A stretch of 64,000 nt of DNA. Source: Lepidodermella squamata (Eukaryota; Animalia; Gastrotricha). Shown here piece after piece: positions 49,017 through 60,889 of this stretch (the first letter of the stretch is position 1; each line of letters opens with the position of its first letter). A program made the translations under genes and the position numbers. The stretch lies in assembly GCA_047495785.1 (NCBI GenBank), contig JBLDXI010000024.1, forward strand, positions 4,650,001-4,714,000, in the 5' to 3' direction. Under the pieces are notes generated by a model. It was not told the origin of the DNA, searched no databases, and saw only the letters and a program-made list of their open reading frames with translations.

Positions 49017-50053
49017 TTAGTTAGACGTTGTTAGCATTGTGATATAAATTGCCAAATAGAACAATGCACCAGTTAATAGGAACAAAAAAAAGAAGGTCGA
49101 ATCTACAGCAAGGTAATAATCCAAGTGGCACCTCAGAATTTCAACTTTCTTCCGAGCCTTGTTGGGGCGAAGCGTGATGAAGGAACACATCAAAGCAGCA
49201 TAAATAGCGCAGACCATCTGATACACAACTTGCCCAAACAAAAAGTAAGTCACCAGAATAGGCTCTTTAGTTTTCGGGAGCAGTGACAGCATTTCAGATT
49301 GCACAACGATAATTGCACACAGTTGCAAGCATGATAGTCGAAGCGAAGGCAGCTCGGTCCGGGCATTCAGCGGGCAGGAAGAAGCTGCTAAGGCTAAGCA
49401 GCGTGTGAGGACAAAGCTTGGGGCTATCAAGTTTGAGAGATAGTAAGTAGGGTCTCGGTCTAGGATCACGCAGAAACGACATGTTGAGTTATTCTCCTCT
49501 ACTGTAGCTTTACTGGATGCATATCGCCAAACGGTCCCACCCGGCATAAAATAAGGATCGATATCGAGACTAGCATCACTCATCACCACATAATTTGTGT
49601 GGGAGAGTGATAAGAAACGAAAGCAGCATTCTTGCGAGTCGTAAGGAAATCGCCAAAAGTGCATTCCGCAATAGGAATTAAAAGGTCCAATGATCTTATT
49701 CCAGTAAATGCCCATTGTCAGGTTAACAGAGAGTGTTCTGCTTACTTCCTCGCCATTCATCACTGGGTTGTTGTAGCTGTTACGATGGTGACCACATTTT
49801 GTCCAGGCTGCGGGGAATTAACAAAAAATCCGGACCCCCATTCGTCAAATTTTTCGCATTTCTTTTCGTACAATCCTCAGCCCAGGTAAAGATCAGCCCT
49901 GCATTAATAATTTTCTTCGACGTCGTCGAATTTCAACAAGCGATCCATGTAGAAGCTCACGTTTAATCTAGTGGGTTCATTGGTTTTCTCACTAGGTGAG
50001 TTGATGTCGGGTAATAAGCTGCAAGTTGTTATCAAAAGTTCGAGCAGTGACAT
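49017..50053 (-). pseudogene. Cys-loop receptor pseudogene, subtype D
   Basis: MSLLELLITTC...NSPSE start and CGMHFWRFPYDSQEC; frameshifts near 49905 and in M1/M2, plus deletions. Confidence 0.85.
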
Positions 50054-50346
50054 TTTGCTACTGATAGAAGTGCGAGATGCGTGGCTTTGACACCTATGCT
50101 GCCTTGAATGAAAGTATATATCCCTCAAATGGGTTTAAATTAAAAATTCGGCATTTCTTAGTTAAATATTTATTATTAACATTGCAATTTTCTTCGACAT
50201 GTTTTGGCAGCGCTCTCAGTCAGCTAACTGCTTCCGCTTTTTCTCAAGGAGCATTTACTGAATCCTCGTAATTCTCTGCATCAAATTGAATGATTTGGTC
50301 TTGCAGTATTGGCGAAGAGCAGCAGATAAACGGTGATCTGTAATTA

Positions 50347-50757
50347 CCGTAGTTACCGAAATACTAACCCAGGCTTATACAAAAATGATACCTCGAAAAA
50401 TGGGGAAAAGTAGGCTTCTATTCAAGACTAGGCTTCTATTTGAGATAGGCTTATGCAACCAAGGCCTGACTTTATTTTCCGTCTTTCAATCTAGGTCGTC
50501 GTAGCGAGGTCGTCTAATAGCCGAAAACTAAGAATCATTAGGAACGCTAAAACAAAAATCATCGTAAATCGCAGATTATTAAACATATTCAGGCATTTTT
50601 CGTTATTAAATACCGTTCAGCGCTTGTTTCGCACGTGCCGTAGTAGCCTAGGCTACTATTCGAGATAGGACTATGCATCGACGAATTTCAATTTACCTAG
50701 GCTTCTAAACGAGACAGGCTTCTAAACGAGGGTGGGCTTATATTTCGGTAACTACGG
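50347..50757. mobile_element. Tc1/mariner-pogo type MITE
   Basis: TIR CCGTAGTTACCGAAATA, TA TSD and internal TAGGCTTCTA repeats. Confidence 0.88.
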
Positions 50758-50987
50758 TATTTCTGAGGGCATTTTCCCACTAAATTTAACTGCCGGCAAA
50801 ATACAGGAGGGAATGAATCACTATTCCCCCTTCCCCCATACGCATGGTTAAATTTTGCCATGGAGAAACACATGAGAAACGCTAATATCGAGCGTCACAT
50901 GCAAACTTCAAGCACTATCGGGATCAATGCTTGTTTTCTTTGCTATATGGCGAATTGAAAAACCAGTAGTGAAAAGGCATGAAAATA

Positions 50988-51082
50988 CCCTATTGAAAAA
51001 ATCCTAATTGCACCTCTAAAATGCCATATTATACACTAATAGCACTTAAATACCTAAAATGTCGATAATAATTTCACTAGGG
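50988..51082. mobile_element. 95-bp mini TIR insertion
   Basis: Termini CCCTATTGAAA / TTTCACTAGGG; absent from the paralogous region at about 42750. Confidence 0.65.
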
Positions 51083-51173
51083 CAGCAGTTGTGGAAAATG
51101 GACTAATATCTGTCTATTAAGGTTATTCCTATCGAACATCAAAAATCCTATGATTGCATTTTGAAATGTTTAA

Positions 51174-52226
51174 TTACAGGAGAGTAAAAACAGTAGCATA
51201 GAATACCGCTCCAGAGAGCAAAAAGAGCAGGAAAAAAGTAAGATCCAGAGCAAGGTAGAATCTGCAGGTCATCTTACAAATTTTCACTTTGTTCTCCGCT
51301 CGATCCGGGTATAACGTGATGAAGGAGCACATCACAGCAGCATAAATTGCACAGACCATCTGATACACAACCTGCCCGAAGAGAAAGTAGGTCGCAATTA
51401 TGCGTTCATTTGTTTTGGGCAAGTTGTTCAGCATGTCGGATTGCAGAACGAAGGTTGCCAGCATGATTGTAGCGGCGAAAGCAGCTCGATCTGGACAATC
51501 AGCTGGTACAAAGAAGCTGCTAAGGCCCAGGATGTTCAGGACGAAACTTGGCCCGAAAAGATTCGAGACAAAGTAAGTGGGGTCGCGTTTTAGGGTCAAA
51601 CAAAAGCAAGCTGTAGCGTTGCCCTCCTCGAGGAACCAGCGACCTGATTGAAACTTCCAAACCGAGCTATCAGGCATAAAGTACGAAGACGAGCCGTTGT
51701 TATAGTAAAGCTCGATAATAGCGGCGTATTCTTGGTCGACTGCCAGTAAGAATTTAGCACAGCAATCTTGAGTATCATAAGGGAACCGCCAGAAATACAT
51801 ATTGCAGTAAGATGTGAACACGCTAAAGATTGTTTTGCAATAATAACCGGACTCAACTCCAACGCTTGTCAACTGCTTGACAGGATCGCCATCCATAGCT
51901 GGGTTAACTGGTGAGTTGCGATGAATGACATTCGGCCACCAAATTCTATCTTGCCCGCTGAATAACCTCAAGGTCTTAACACCTCCCGCCTTACTAATGA
52001 TTTTCTGCGAATTTTGCATTGTGCATTGATCGAACCACCAAATATCTAGCTTTCCACCAAAACTCATTGTTTGTGAAACGTCGTCGAGGTCGGCGAAACG
52101 ATCAACGGTTAGAATTACACTAACGCCAGTGACATCCCCGGTTAGTTCACTTGGTGAGTTGAACGTAGGCTCTAAATGGCAAGTAGCGAGAAGCAGCTCC
52201 AGGAGTGGAAGTGTGCTATTTATCAT
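51174..52226 (-). CDS. Intronless divergent Cys-loop receptor subunit, subtype B
   Basis: Intact 350-aa ORF with CNMYFWRFPYDTQDC. Confidence 0.92.
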   Translation of the reverse strand: MINSTLPLLELLLATCHLEPTFNSPSELTGDVTGVSVILTVDRFADLDDVSQTMSFGGKLDIWWFDQCTMQNSQKIISKAGGVKTLRLFSGQDRIWWPNVIHRNSPVNPAMDGDPVKQLTSVGVESGYYCKTIFSVFTSYCNMYFWRFPYDTQDCCAKFLLAVDQEYAAIIELYYNNGSSSYFMPDSSVWKFQSGRWFLEEGNATACFCLTLKRDPTYFVSNLFGPSFVLNILGLSSFFVPADCPDRAAFAATIMLATFVLQSDMLNNLPKTNERIIATYFLFGQVVYQMVCAIYAAVMCSFITLYPDRAENKVKICKMTCRFYLALDLTFFLLFLLSGAVFYATVFTLL

Positions 52227-53780
52227 CTATCTATTTGCAGGTTAAAAAAATAGGCCAAACCAGAATTCGATAACAGATTTATCGGAAACCTCATATCATG
52301 GTTGTTGATAGCGCATTTGCTTTATCCATTATATATTTCAAAACTCGATACCAATATCGAGCTATATAGAGTAGGTGTGCAAACTTCCAGCACTTTAGGG
52401 AGGGAAAATCCTGTTTGCTTTGACGGCTCATTGATAACGCAGTTTTGGAAAGGGCCCAAAAACCAATGGATGAACATCGCTCTATGCCAAGTTATCCTTT
52501 TTATTTTAATTTTCAATGTGTGACGAAGTATGTTGGATCGCGTTTCACAAACAGTGTGGTTTAATCACCGAGTTGATTGAACAATATAACGGTTTGTACC
52601 GTTTACAGCCGGTTTTTACTTAGGTTTTTACCTCACATTGACGACGACAATCCAACAATAGAGCAGCTTGCAAGAATAGGTCTTACAGGCTGAATTGTTC
52701 TATTCGAGGATGATTTAGTAAATGAGGACTGTAGGCGAAAAATGAACCGTTTTTGCGGCAAGAACGACAAGGCAAAAACGACAAAGTAATGGGAAAAAGT
52801 TCTTAGATGTTGCTCGCGAGTTGAGAGCGCGCGCACTCGCTTCTCGAAAGTAAAAGTGCGCTTAAAACGTTTTTTTTCAATTTTGCGCGAGAACCCCACA
52901 TTCAATCGATAGAGAATTGTATGAATAATCGTTTGGTATAAAAATCGACACGATATTCATGAAAATTAGCCCTTTGACATCAGCGCGCGCGGCCTTGAAA
53001 TTCATCAAAATTTCGACTTAGCAATTTGAGCAGAGTCCACTTTCAACGGTGCTCGTATGAACTCATTCCATCATTGCATTCCATTGTGTGACCACTTAAA
53101 AGTTCAATCCAGTGCGCACGCTGATTGGTCAATCGATCGTTGCTATGACTCCCGGATGAAACATTTCGGTCGTTATTTTTCGTACCTACCATGCAAATTT
53201 TATATCGATAGATGAAGATTTTTTCCGCTGAAATGATGTTTCATAAATCTGACAAAATAGATGCGAAATGCGCACATTATTTGGGTTAAAATTGATTTAG
53301 TTGTGCACGCGCGCACTTAGGGCGCACATGTGTTGCGTAACAGTGTGCGCGAAATGGCAGGCCAATAGGAGCGTGCGCAAAGCCGTAACGCAGGCGGGCC
53401 TGATAATGTGCTCGCAGCACGCATTCCTGATCTCTGTCGAGTGGGCGTATTCGCTTGAACCGATATTGCGAAGCCTCGTGCCAGATTTTTTTCCACTGAA
53501 ATGTTTAATCGATTTCGTCTCTATGCAAACATCAAAGTGAATGAACAATTTGTAATAAAAATGCTAAAAAGCTTTAGAATTATCTTTTATTGGATGAAAT
53601 TCGGCATTCAAGTGAATAAATCTTTACCGAGATGAGCAAAGATTGTTTGATGCCTCCGTTTGCGGCTGTCACGTCGTCTACTTTGGTAAATTAGCTTCGC
53701 AAAATTATTTCATATAAAGGAATAAATAGCATAGGAGCCACTGTCACGTAAGCGTTGGTTCGAACTCAAGACTGAAATTG

Positions 53781-54839
53781 TCATGGTATCATGAGAGCTG
53801 ATAAAATCACACCATAGAAAATCAGCGCAACCAACAGGAAAATCGCAAAAACAGCCGCATCAATAACAATGAAGAGCCTGCAAGAAATTCCGCAAAGTTG
53901 GAACTGCTTTCCAGCCTTTTTCTTGCAATACATTACAAACGAGCACATCAGAGCGCCATAGATAACACACGCCATTTGGTAGATAATCTGTCCAAATAGG
54001 AAATACGTTGCAATAATAGGCTCGCTTGTTTTCGGTAGGTTCGACAGCATATCAGATTGAAGGACGAAAGTTGCGAGCATGATCGTTGAAGCAAAGGCAG
54101 CTCGATCAGGGCATTCAGCTGGGACGAAGAAGCTGCTAAAGCTCAGGGCGGTTAGGATGAAGCTCGGAGCAATAAAATTGGATACAAAGTAACCTGGTAC
54201 ACGTTGCAGATTCAGGCAGAACGAAGCGGTAATGCCATCGGGCTGAATTCTCGAGCTATTTGAAACTATGTGCCAAACTGAGCCTTTCGGCATGATCTCT
54301 ATAACTTTGCTCAAAACAAGAGATGGGGTTCCGATAACCATATACCTTCCATCACCGAACAGTGCTATGTGAACGCAGCATTCTTGCACATCGTAAGGGA
54401 AACGCCAAAATTCCATACTGCAGTAAGAATCCGTTTCACCATTAATGCTATTTGAGAACAACCCTGATTGGACGTTGGCTGAAATCATGCGACTAATTTC
54501 ATCGCCATCCATGGCTGAATTGAAGCTATTTCGATGGATGAAATTAGGCCACCAAATTCGGTCGCTACCGCTTGAGATGAACAGAGTATCGACACCGCCG
54601 GAGCTTTTGATCATTTCAGCTGCGTTCTGCTTTGTGCATTCATCCACCCAGGAAAATGTTAAACTTGAAGCCAGGCTCATCGTTTCTTCGACATCTTCCA
54701 GTCCAAGGAAGCGAAAGATGGTCAGCGTCATGGTTACTACTGTTGGCTTTCCAGTCAACTCACTCGGAGAGTTATAAGTCGGGTCTAAGTGGCAGATTGC
54801 TAGAAGCAACTCCAGAAGAGACGTTGTAACATTTGCCAT
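53781..54839 (-). CDS. Intronless divergent Cys-loop receptor subunit, subtype E
   Basis: Intact 352-aa ORF with CSMEFWRFPYDVQEC. Confidence 0.92.
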   Translation of the reverse strand: MANVTTSLLELLLAICHLDPTYNSPSELTGKPTVVTMTLTIFRFLGLEDVEETMSLASSLTFSWVDECTKQNAAEMIKSSGGVDTLFISSGSDRIWWPNFIHRNSFNSAMDGDEISRMISANVQSGLFSNSINGETDSYCSMEFWRFPYDVQECCVHIALFGDGRYMVIGTPSLVLSKVIEIMPKGSVWHIVSNSSRIQPDGITASFCLNLQRVPGYFVSNFIAPSFILTALSFSSFFVPAECPDRAAFASTIMLATFVLQSDMLSNLPKTSEPIIATYFLFGQIIYQMACVIYGALMCSFVMYCKKKAGKQFQLCGISCRLFIVIDAAVFAIFLLVALIFYGVILSALMIP

Positions 54840-55820
54840 CGAAAAACCTTTCTGCTTGATATACTGATCTGAAACTCGATATCTGAAGCTTGATATACTG
54901 AAATTTCGTCAGTATTTCTCCGTGCTTCCGGGTTTGCTCAGAGTTTTGTCATTCGGTATATGCTTATATCGATATTGAAAATGAAAAACCGGCGAAATGA
55001 AACGGCAACATCATGATGCTTCGTGTTTATATTAGTAATAAAGCTGGTGTTTTGTTGATTCATGTCTGCAAGCTTCCGCGCGAGGCTTGCACAGTTTCGC
55101 CATTGAAAACTTCTGAAATTCGTGATTCTCATGCTGAAAATGCGCCAGAGGGGCATTGAAGCCAAGCAATTTTCTTACATTTTCATGATCATTACCTGCG
55201 GCGATTAGGCGCCATTCTGACGGCTCAATTCCGGGCCCATCGTAGTGCGGCCCAAATGAGCCTGCTGTGCAATCGGAGTGTATAAGTAGACTTTTAAACT
55301 GATTTTTTCTTATCATAAAGTGAAACAGGCCTAGTCAGCCGTGAATAATTTAGCCATAGTAGCAAAATTCTTTCATTTTCGAAAGGCCACTGCATTTTTG
55401 GATTCCGCGGATTTAGCGGCTCTGGGTCTTTCTATCAGAACAATCGATTCAAGAGACTCGTCGCTCTAATTTTGAAAATTAAAAAATTTCAAATCTTCAA
55501 GTGCTTACAAACACAATATTATTATAATATAATCCCTCACTTTCCAATAAGTTGAGTTGTTCACTATTACTTTCCTTGACGCGGTTATTTTATTAGCTCC
55601 ATGATACTACGCATGATTCATGAATTAGGCCGAATATCCGTTCCAAGTCGATGAATGATTAAACGCGTCCGATTTTTTCTTATCATACCGTACAAATATT
55701 TCCTTATCAGTGTCTCACGCCGTCGATACCCCCAGATAAATGACCACGGAGTATATAAAGTCACCGATCTGTACTTCAGTTGCTCAGCCAAAAATTGAAG
55801 GGGAAGAACACGTTCCAGCC

Positions 55821-56484
55821 ATGGACGGCAAGGATGGCCTAGCTCCGCCCCCACCGTATGCTGACAGCATGCAGCAACCCCAAATGACTCCGACCCAGGC
55901 ATGGTCCCCACAACAGCCGCCGCCTTCAGGTTATCCCCAACAGCCTGCTGCATACCCACAAGGACAGCCTGTTCAGTATGCCCAGCCCCAAATGCCTTAC
56001 TCACAGGCTCCTCCATCAGGGTATCCACAACAGCTGCAGCCTGCAGGATATCCACAAGGAATGCCAGTTCAGTACGCCCAGCCTCAAGGTTACACAGCCG
56101 GGGCGCAATTTGCAACCCAGCCAGGAGGTCAATCCACGGTCCAGCTGCAATACCAACCTGCATCTACCATGTTTGGTAATGCCAGCCAGCTTGTGGTCTG
56201 CCCACATTGCCGTGCCTCAGTCCATCCGTGCATCTCGCAAGCGCATACTACTGGAGCCCTTGTCTCTGTTTTACTGATTTGCTTGCTTGGTGGCATGTAA
56301 GTATCCACCGAAGATTTTATTTGAAAATTTAGCATAATATGCTTTTATTTGTAGATTTTGCTTCTGGATACCACTGGTTATGGACAAGTTCAAGATCTGG
56401 CGCCTAATTTGCCCTAACTGCCGCCTTTTGATCGTAGATTTACGATGGAAGGAATGGGAGGCCTACAAATTTCAACAGCGCTAG
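55821..56484 (+). CDS. LITAF-domain protein 1; join(55821..56296,56355..56484)
   Basis: PPPY motif, Pro/Gln/Gly/Tyr repeats, then CPHC, a hydrophobic segment and CPNC. The start was chosen by alignment to the paralog; an upstream ATG at 55740 is possible. Confidence 0.88.
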
Positions 56485-57043
56485 ATCGGATTTTGAGGAG
56501 CCGTTTGCCAGATGTTCTCCTCTGAAATTTACTCGATTTCTTCACTTTGCAAACAGGAAAGCGCATAATTACAAAAATGAAATTATTTTAATCATTAAAT
56601 TAAATGATCGAATAGTCAAGCTATAAATGGTAAAACAAACTGGAACAAAGAACGTAACACGTTTTAATTATCTGCATATCGATTGAAACAACCTTTAAAC
56701 CTATAGAAGCTTGCCGGGTCGAGAAACTGCGATTCCGATACTCAAGGAAAATGAAATTGCTTGGGCTTTTTTATTTCATTATTTCAACGCACGTTTGTAG
56801 CTGTTTACAATTAATTAGACGTTGTTAGCAGAGTCATAAAAATAGCCAAGTGAAACAAGGCGCCAGTTGATAAGAAAACGAAAAATAGCGCAACATCTAC
56901 TGCAAAGTAGTAATCCCATTTCGAAATGCAGAACTTTAACCTTCTTTCGAGCCCGCTCGGGGCGAACGGTGATAAAAGAGCACATAATAGCAGCATAGAT
57001 CGCACTAGGCCATTTGAAACACAATTCGTCCGAATAGTAAGTA

Positions 57044-57876
57044 CCGTCGTTCGGGGTGAAATGGGCACTTGGGGCGATTTGGCCGAAAATTGATGTCATC
57101 ACATAACTTTTAATAGCTCATAGACTGTATGTCAGATCTCTGAAAAAATTTGTGCAGATAATCTTCAACAGACCCCCTACATCTGTTAAAATTTTCAGCC
57201 AGTGATGTCCCAAAATGAGGTCACGGCAACCCAGTATTTACAGGTTAGTTTAGGCGGGTAAAAACGACCCATATAAATTGAATTATCTGTAACCAATCGG
57301 AAAGCTTTGAGTTCAGATGACATTTTCTCCTTCGACCATTTCCTTTGGTGATAACAAGGAAAAAAACCGCGACCCGAGGCGATGCACAGGTATGGCCAGG
57401 GAATTGCGCCCAAATTGCCCCATGGAAAAATCATATATGGGGGCGAATTGGTCTTTTGGTTTAATTAGTCTATTTAATTATGAGAACCTTTTAAACGTCC
57501 TCCAACCACATGGGGCAGTCAGGAGAAGGGCCAGGAATATAACAAAAATTATTTCAACATTTTATAGATAAATAATTAATAAATTAATAAAAAATAAAGT
57601 AAAAAAAAAGCAAATAAAAATGTTGCATCCGGGAGTCGAACCGCTATCCACTTCATACTAACGGCGCATCATAACCACTCGAACTACTGTTAATCATTAT
57701 CAGTTTATAAAGATTAAGCTGCTCAATTCGCCCCAAAACACCCGCCCAATTTGCCCCATACCTGGGGCGAATTGAGATACATGCATTTTCGGAATCAGGA
57801 CCCTTGGAAACGCGTAAATATGCAATAAAATCAGGGGGTAATATTTTTTCACTGCCCAACTCGCCCCAAATGACGG
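57044..57876. mobile_element. pogo/Tc1-type MITE
   Basis: TIR CCGTC.TT.GGGG.GA..TGGGCA and TA TSD, inserted in receptor M3. Confidence 0.88.
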
Positions 57877-58022
57877 TAAGTCGCTAGAATAGGCTCTTTA
57901 GTTTTAGGGAGTGCTGACAGCATTTCAGATTGCAACACGAAAGTTGCAAGCATGATGGTCGAAGCGAAGGCAGCTCGATCCGGGCATTCCGCTGGCAGGA
58001 AGAAGCTACTAAGGCTGAACAG

Positions 58023-58272
58023 CAGGGTGCGATCTTCGATGCCCGAGCTCCCGGGGATGGAAAAAAATTTTTTGCCGTATTTGCCAAAATGACGAGTCAT
58101 TTGGGCTAATAACCGAGCGAAGCGAGAAAATTTTTGGATATTTTCTACTAAAACACACCCCAGAACCTTCCACAATTAACAAAACAGTGGGATAAATTCT
58201 CATTTTGTTGTCTGGCCCGGCCGAGCTGGGGGGGATGATCCCCCCCATCCCCCCCCTGAAAGTCGCACACTG
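58023..58272. mobile_element. hAT-type MITE
   Basis: TIR CAG.GTGCGA and 8-bp TSD CTGAACAG, inserted in receptor M1. Confidence 0.9.
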
Positions 58273-59833
58273 CTGAACAGCGTCAGGACAAAGCTTGGGG
58301 CTATCAAGTTGGAGATATAGTAAGTAGGATCGCGGTCTAGGATCACGCAGATAAGGGCGGATGTTGAGTTGTCAGCCACTATTCTAGCTTCACTGGATGC
58401 ATATCGCCAAACGGAGCCTTCCGGTATAAAATTAGGATCTATCTGTAGACTGACATAGCTCATAACCACGTAATTTGCGTGGGAGAGAGACATGAAACGA
58501 AAGCAGCATTTCTGCGAGTCGTAAGGAAATCGCCAGAAGTGCATTCCGCAATATGAATTAAAATGTCCGATATTCGTATTCCAATAAACGCCCATTGTCA
58601 GGTTAACAGCCAGATTTCGGCTTACTTCACCCTCCATTGCTGGGTTGTTGTAACTGTTACGATGGATAATAGATGGTGACCAGATTTTGTCCAGGCTCCG
58701 GGGGATAAACAAAAAGTCTGGATCCCCATTAGTCAGCAGGTTTTTTGCATTAGTTTTCGTGCTATTCTCAATCCAACTTAAGTTTAGCGCTGCATTAACC
58801 AACATAGTGGAATTTCAATTCGTCGTCGAATCCATGTATAAGCTAACTCTTAGCCTAACAGGTTCATTGGTTTGCTCACTAGGTGAGTTTATGTTGGGTA
58901 ATAGGTTGCAAGTTGCTATCAGTAGATCGAACAGTGGCATTTTCGTCAACCTCGAAGATGTGTGTCTTTCTGACACTAAGATATATGTTGCCTTCAACAA
59001 AGGATATCCATCTGGAATGGTTTTTAATTAAAACTTTGGCATTCCTCATATATACTAGCGATATAGCGTTCCTTGTAATGAAACAAGCTTTCAATGTGGA
59101 ATGTTTAGTCAGCAAAATAATTGCCATGTTTGTAACAGTGCATCCCTGGAATCTCGAATATCGTTAGTTTTTTACTATTACCGCATCAGATCGACAGGTT
59201 CTTCCTCGTAGCTATGGTGATGGAGAGAAGAAAAACGGAGGGTTGGTTTCAAGGTTTCTTTTTCTTAAATCGTGCTAGATAGAAGTTGACGCATTTACGA
59301 ATGCATTTCAAAATAATCGTAGTCAACCATAGCGTAGACGAGCAATTCGTTACAATTGAACATCAATGATTCTCGGTGACGCTTGATAGAGTTCAGAAGC
59401 GTGATAAACACAAACCTATGTGTGATCATCTATCATGCTCGTTTGACTGAGTCTTGTTTAGCGAACAGAAAACGCGTCAGATTATGTAGCTTTACTAACC
59501 AACAGAAATTCAACCTTCAACATTCAATATCACCAAATTCATTAGGTACCTTCATATTCATTAAGTATTCATTGGCTGAAAAAATACACAATCACGTTTT
59601 GGTTCGTGGTTGAAACTATCATCGGCCAACGACCTAATTTGCATATATCTGCGACTGAGTAGTTGGAAATTTTAATAAAAACGACGTTGGAGTGTGCAAC
59701 ATAGAAAAAAGCTATCCTGTTTTCTGCAAGAAGGCAGAAACAAGTCAGTGTCTAGTTAGAAAACATTTCTTCAGTGTTTTCAGACGTAATTTTGTGATCA
59801 AAACTAGTTTGTTTGTAGCAAGAAGGTAGATCA

Positions 59834-60889
59834 TCAAGGGATTATGAGAGCTGACAGGATTACACAGTAGAAGAGGAGCGCTACAAGTAGAAAAGCCGCA
59901 AAAGCAGCCGCATCAATAGCAATGAAGAGCCTGCAAGAAGTTCCAAAAAGTTGCACCCGCTTCTCTGCCTTTTCCTTGCAGTACATTACAAATGAACACA
60001 TCATGGCGCCATAGATAACACACGCCATTTGGTAGATAATCTGGCCAAATAGGAAATACGTTGCAATAATAGGCTCGCTTGTTTTCGGTAGGTTCGACAG
60101 CATATCAGATTGAAGGACGAAAGTTGCGAGCATGATAGTTGAAGCAAAGGCAGCTCGATCAGGGCATTCAGCTGGGACGAAGAAGCTGCTAAGGCTCAAG
60201 GCGGATAGGATGAAGCTCGGTGCAATAAAACTGGATACAAAGTAGCTAGGTTCGCGTTGCAGATTTAGGCAGAATGATGCGGTTATGTTGTCTGGCCGGA
60301 TTTTCGAGTTTCTTGAAATTATGCGCCAAACTGAGCCTTTCGGCATGATGTCATGACTATCTCCCACAAAAATGGTTGGGGTTCCGATGACCACAAACTC
60401 TTCATTGGCTAACAGCGATATGCGAACGCAGCATTCTTGAACATCGTAAGGAAATCGCCAAAATTCCATGCTGCAGTACGAATGAGTAGGTCCGTTAATC
60501 GTATTGGTGAAAAGCCCAGGTGTGACGAACGATGAAACCGTCCGACTAATTCCATCGCCATTCATAGCTGAATTAAAGCTATTTCGGTGGAGAAAACTAG
60601 GCCACCAAATTCGATCACTACCGCTTGAGATGAACAGCTTATCGATCCCGGAATTCTCGATCAAATCAGGCGCGTTCAGCTTTGTGCATTCATCCGTCCA
60701 GATAAATGTTAAGCCCGAAGCCAGGCTCATCGTTTCGTCGACATCGTCCAATCCAAGAAAGCGGTCGATCATTAGCGTCATGTTAACTACTGTTGGCTTT
60801 CCAGTCAACTCACTAGGTGAGTTATAAGTCGGGTCTAAGTGGCAGGTTGCTAGGAGTAGCTCTAAAAGAGACGTGGTAAAATTCGCCAT
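59834..60889 (-). CDS. Intronless divergent Cys-loop receptor subunit, subtype E
   Basis: Intact 351-aa ORF, paralog of 53781..54839. Confidence 0.92.
   Translation of the reverse strand: MANFTTSLLELLLATCHLDPTYNSPSELTGKPTVVNMTLMIDRFLGLDDVDETMSLASGLTFIWTDECTKLNAPDLIENSGIDKLFISSGSDRIWWPSFLHRNSFNSAMNGDGISRTVSSFVTPGLFTNTINGPTHSYCSMEFWRFPYDVQECCVRISLLANEEFVVIGTPTIFVGDSHDIMPKGSVWRIISRNSKIRPDNITASFCLNLQREPSYFVSSFIAPSFILSALSLSSFFVPAECPDRAAFASTIMLATFVLQSDMLSNLPKTSEPIIATYFLFGQIIYQMACVIYGAMMCSFVMYCKEKAEKRVQLFGTSCRLFIAIDAAAFAAFLLVALLFYCVILSALIIP

Larger units (their letters stand above)
56811..58940 (-). pseudogene. Cys-loop receptor pseudogene, subtype D, interrupted by two MITEs
   Basis: Paralog of 49017..50053 with frameshifts and insertions at 57044 and 58023. 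Confidence 0.87.

Noticed and set aside
30570-60889. Prokaryotic pLGIC (GLIC/ELIC-like) origin or horizontal transfer, suggested by intronless genes and a short M3-M4 loop
   Set aside because: The true Cys-x13-Cys loop, N-glycosylation sequons and spliced animal neighbours fit metazoan origin, probably by retroposition or intron loss.
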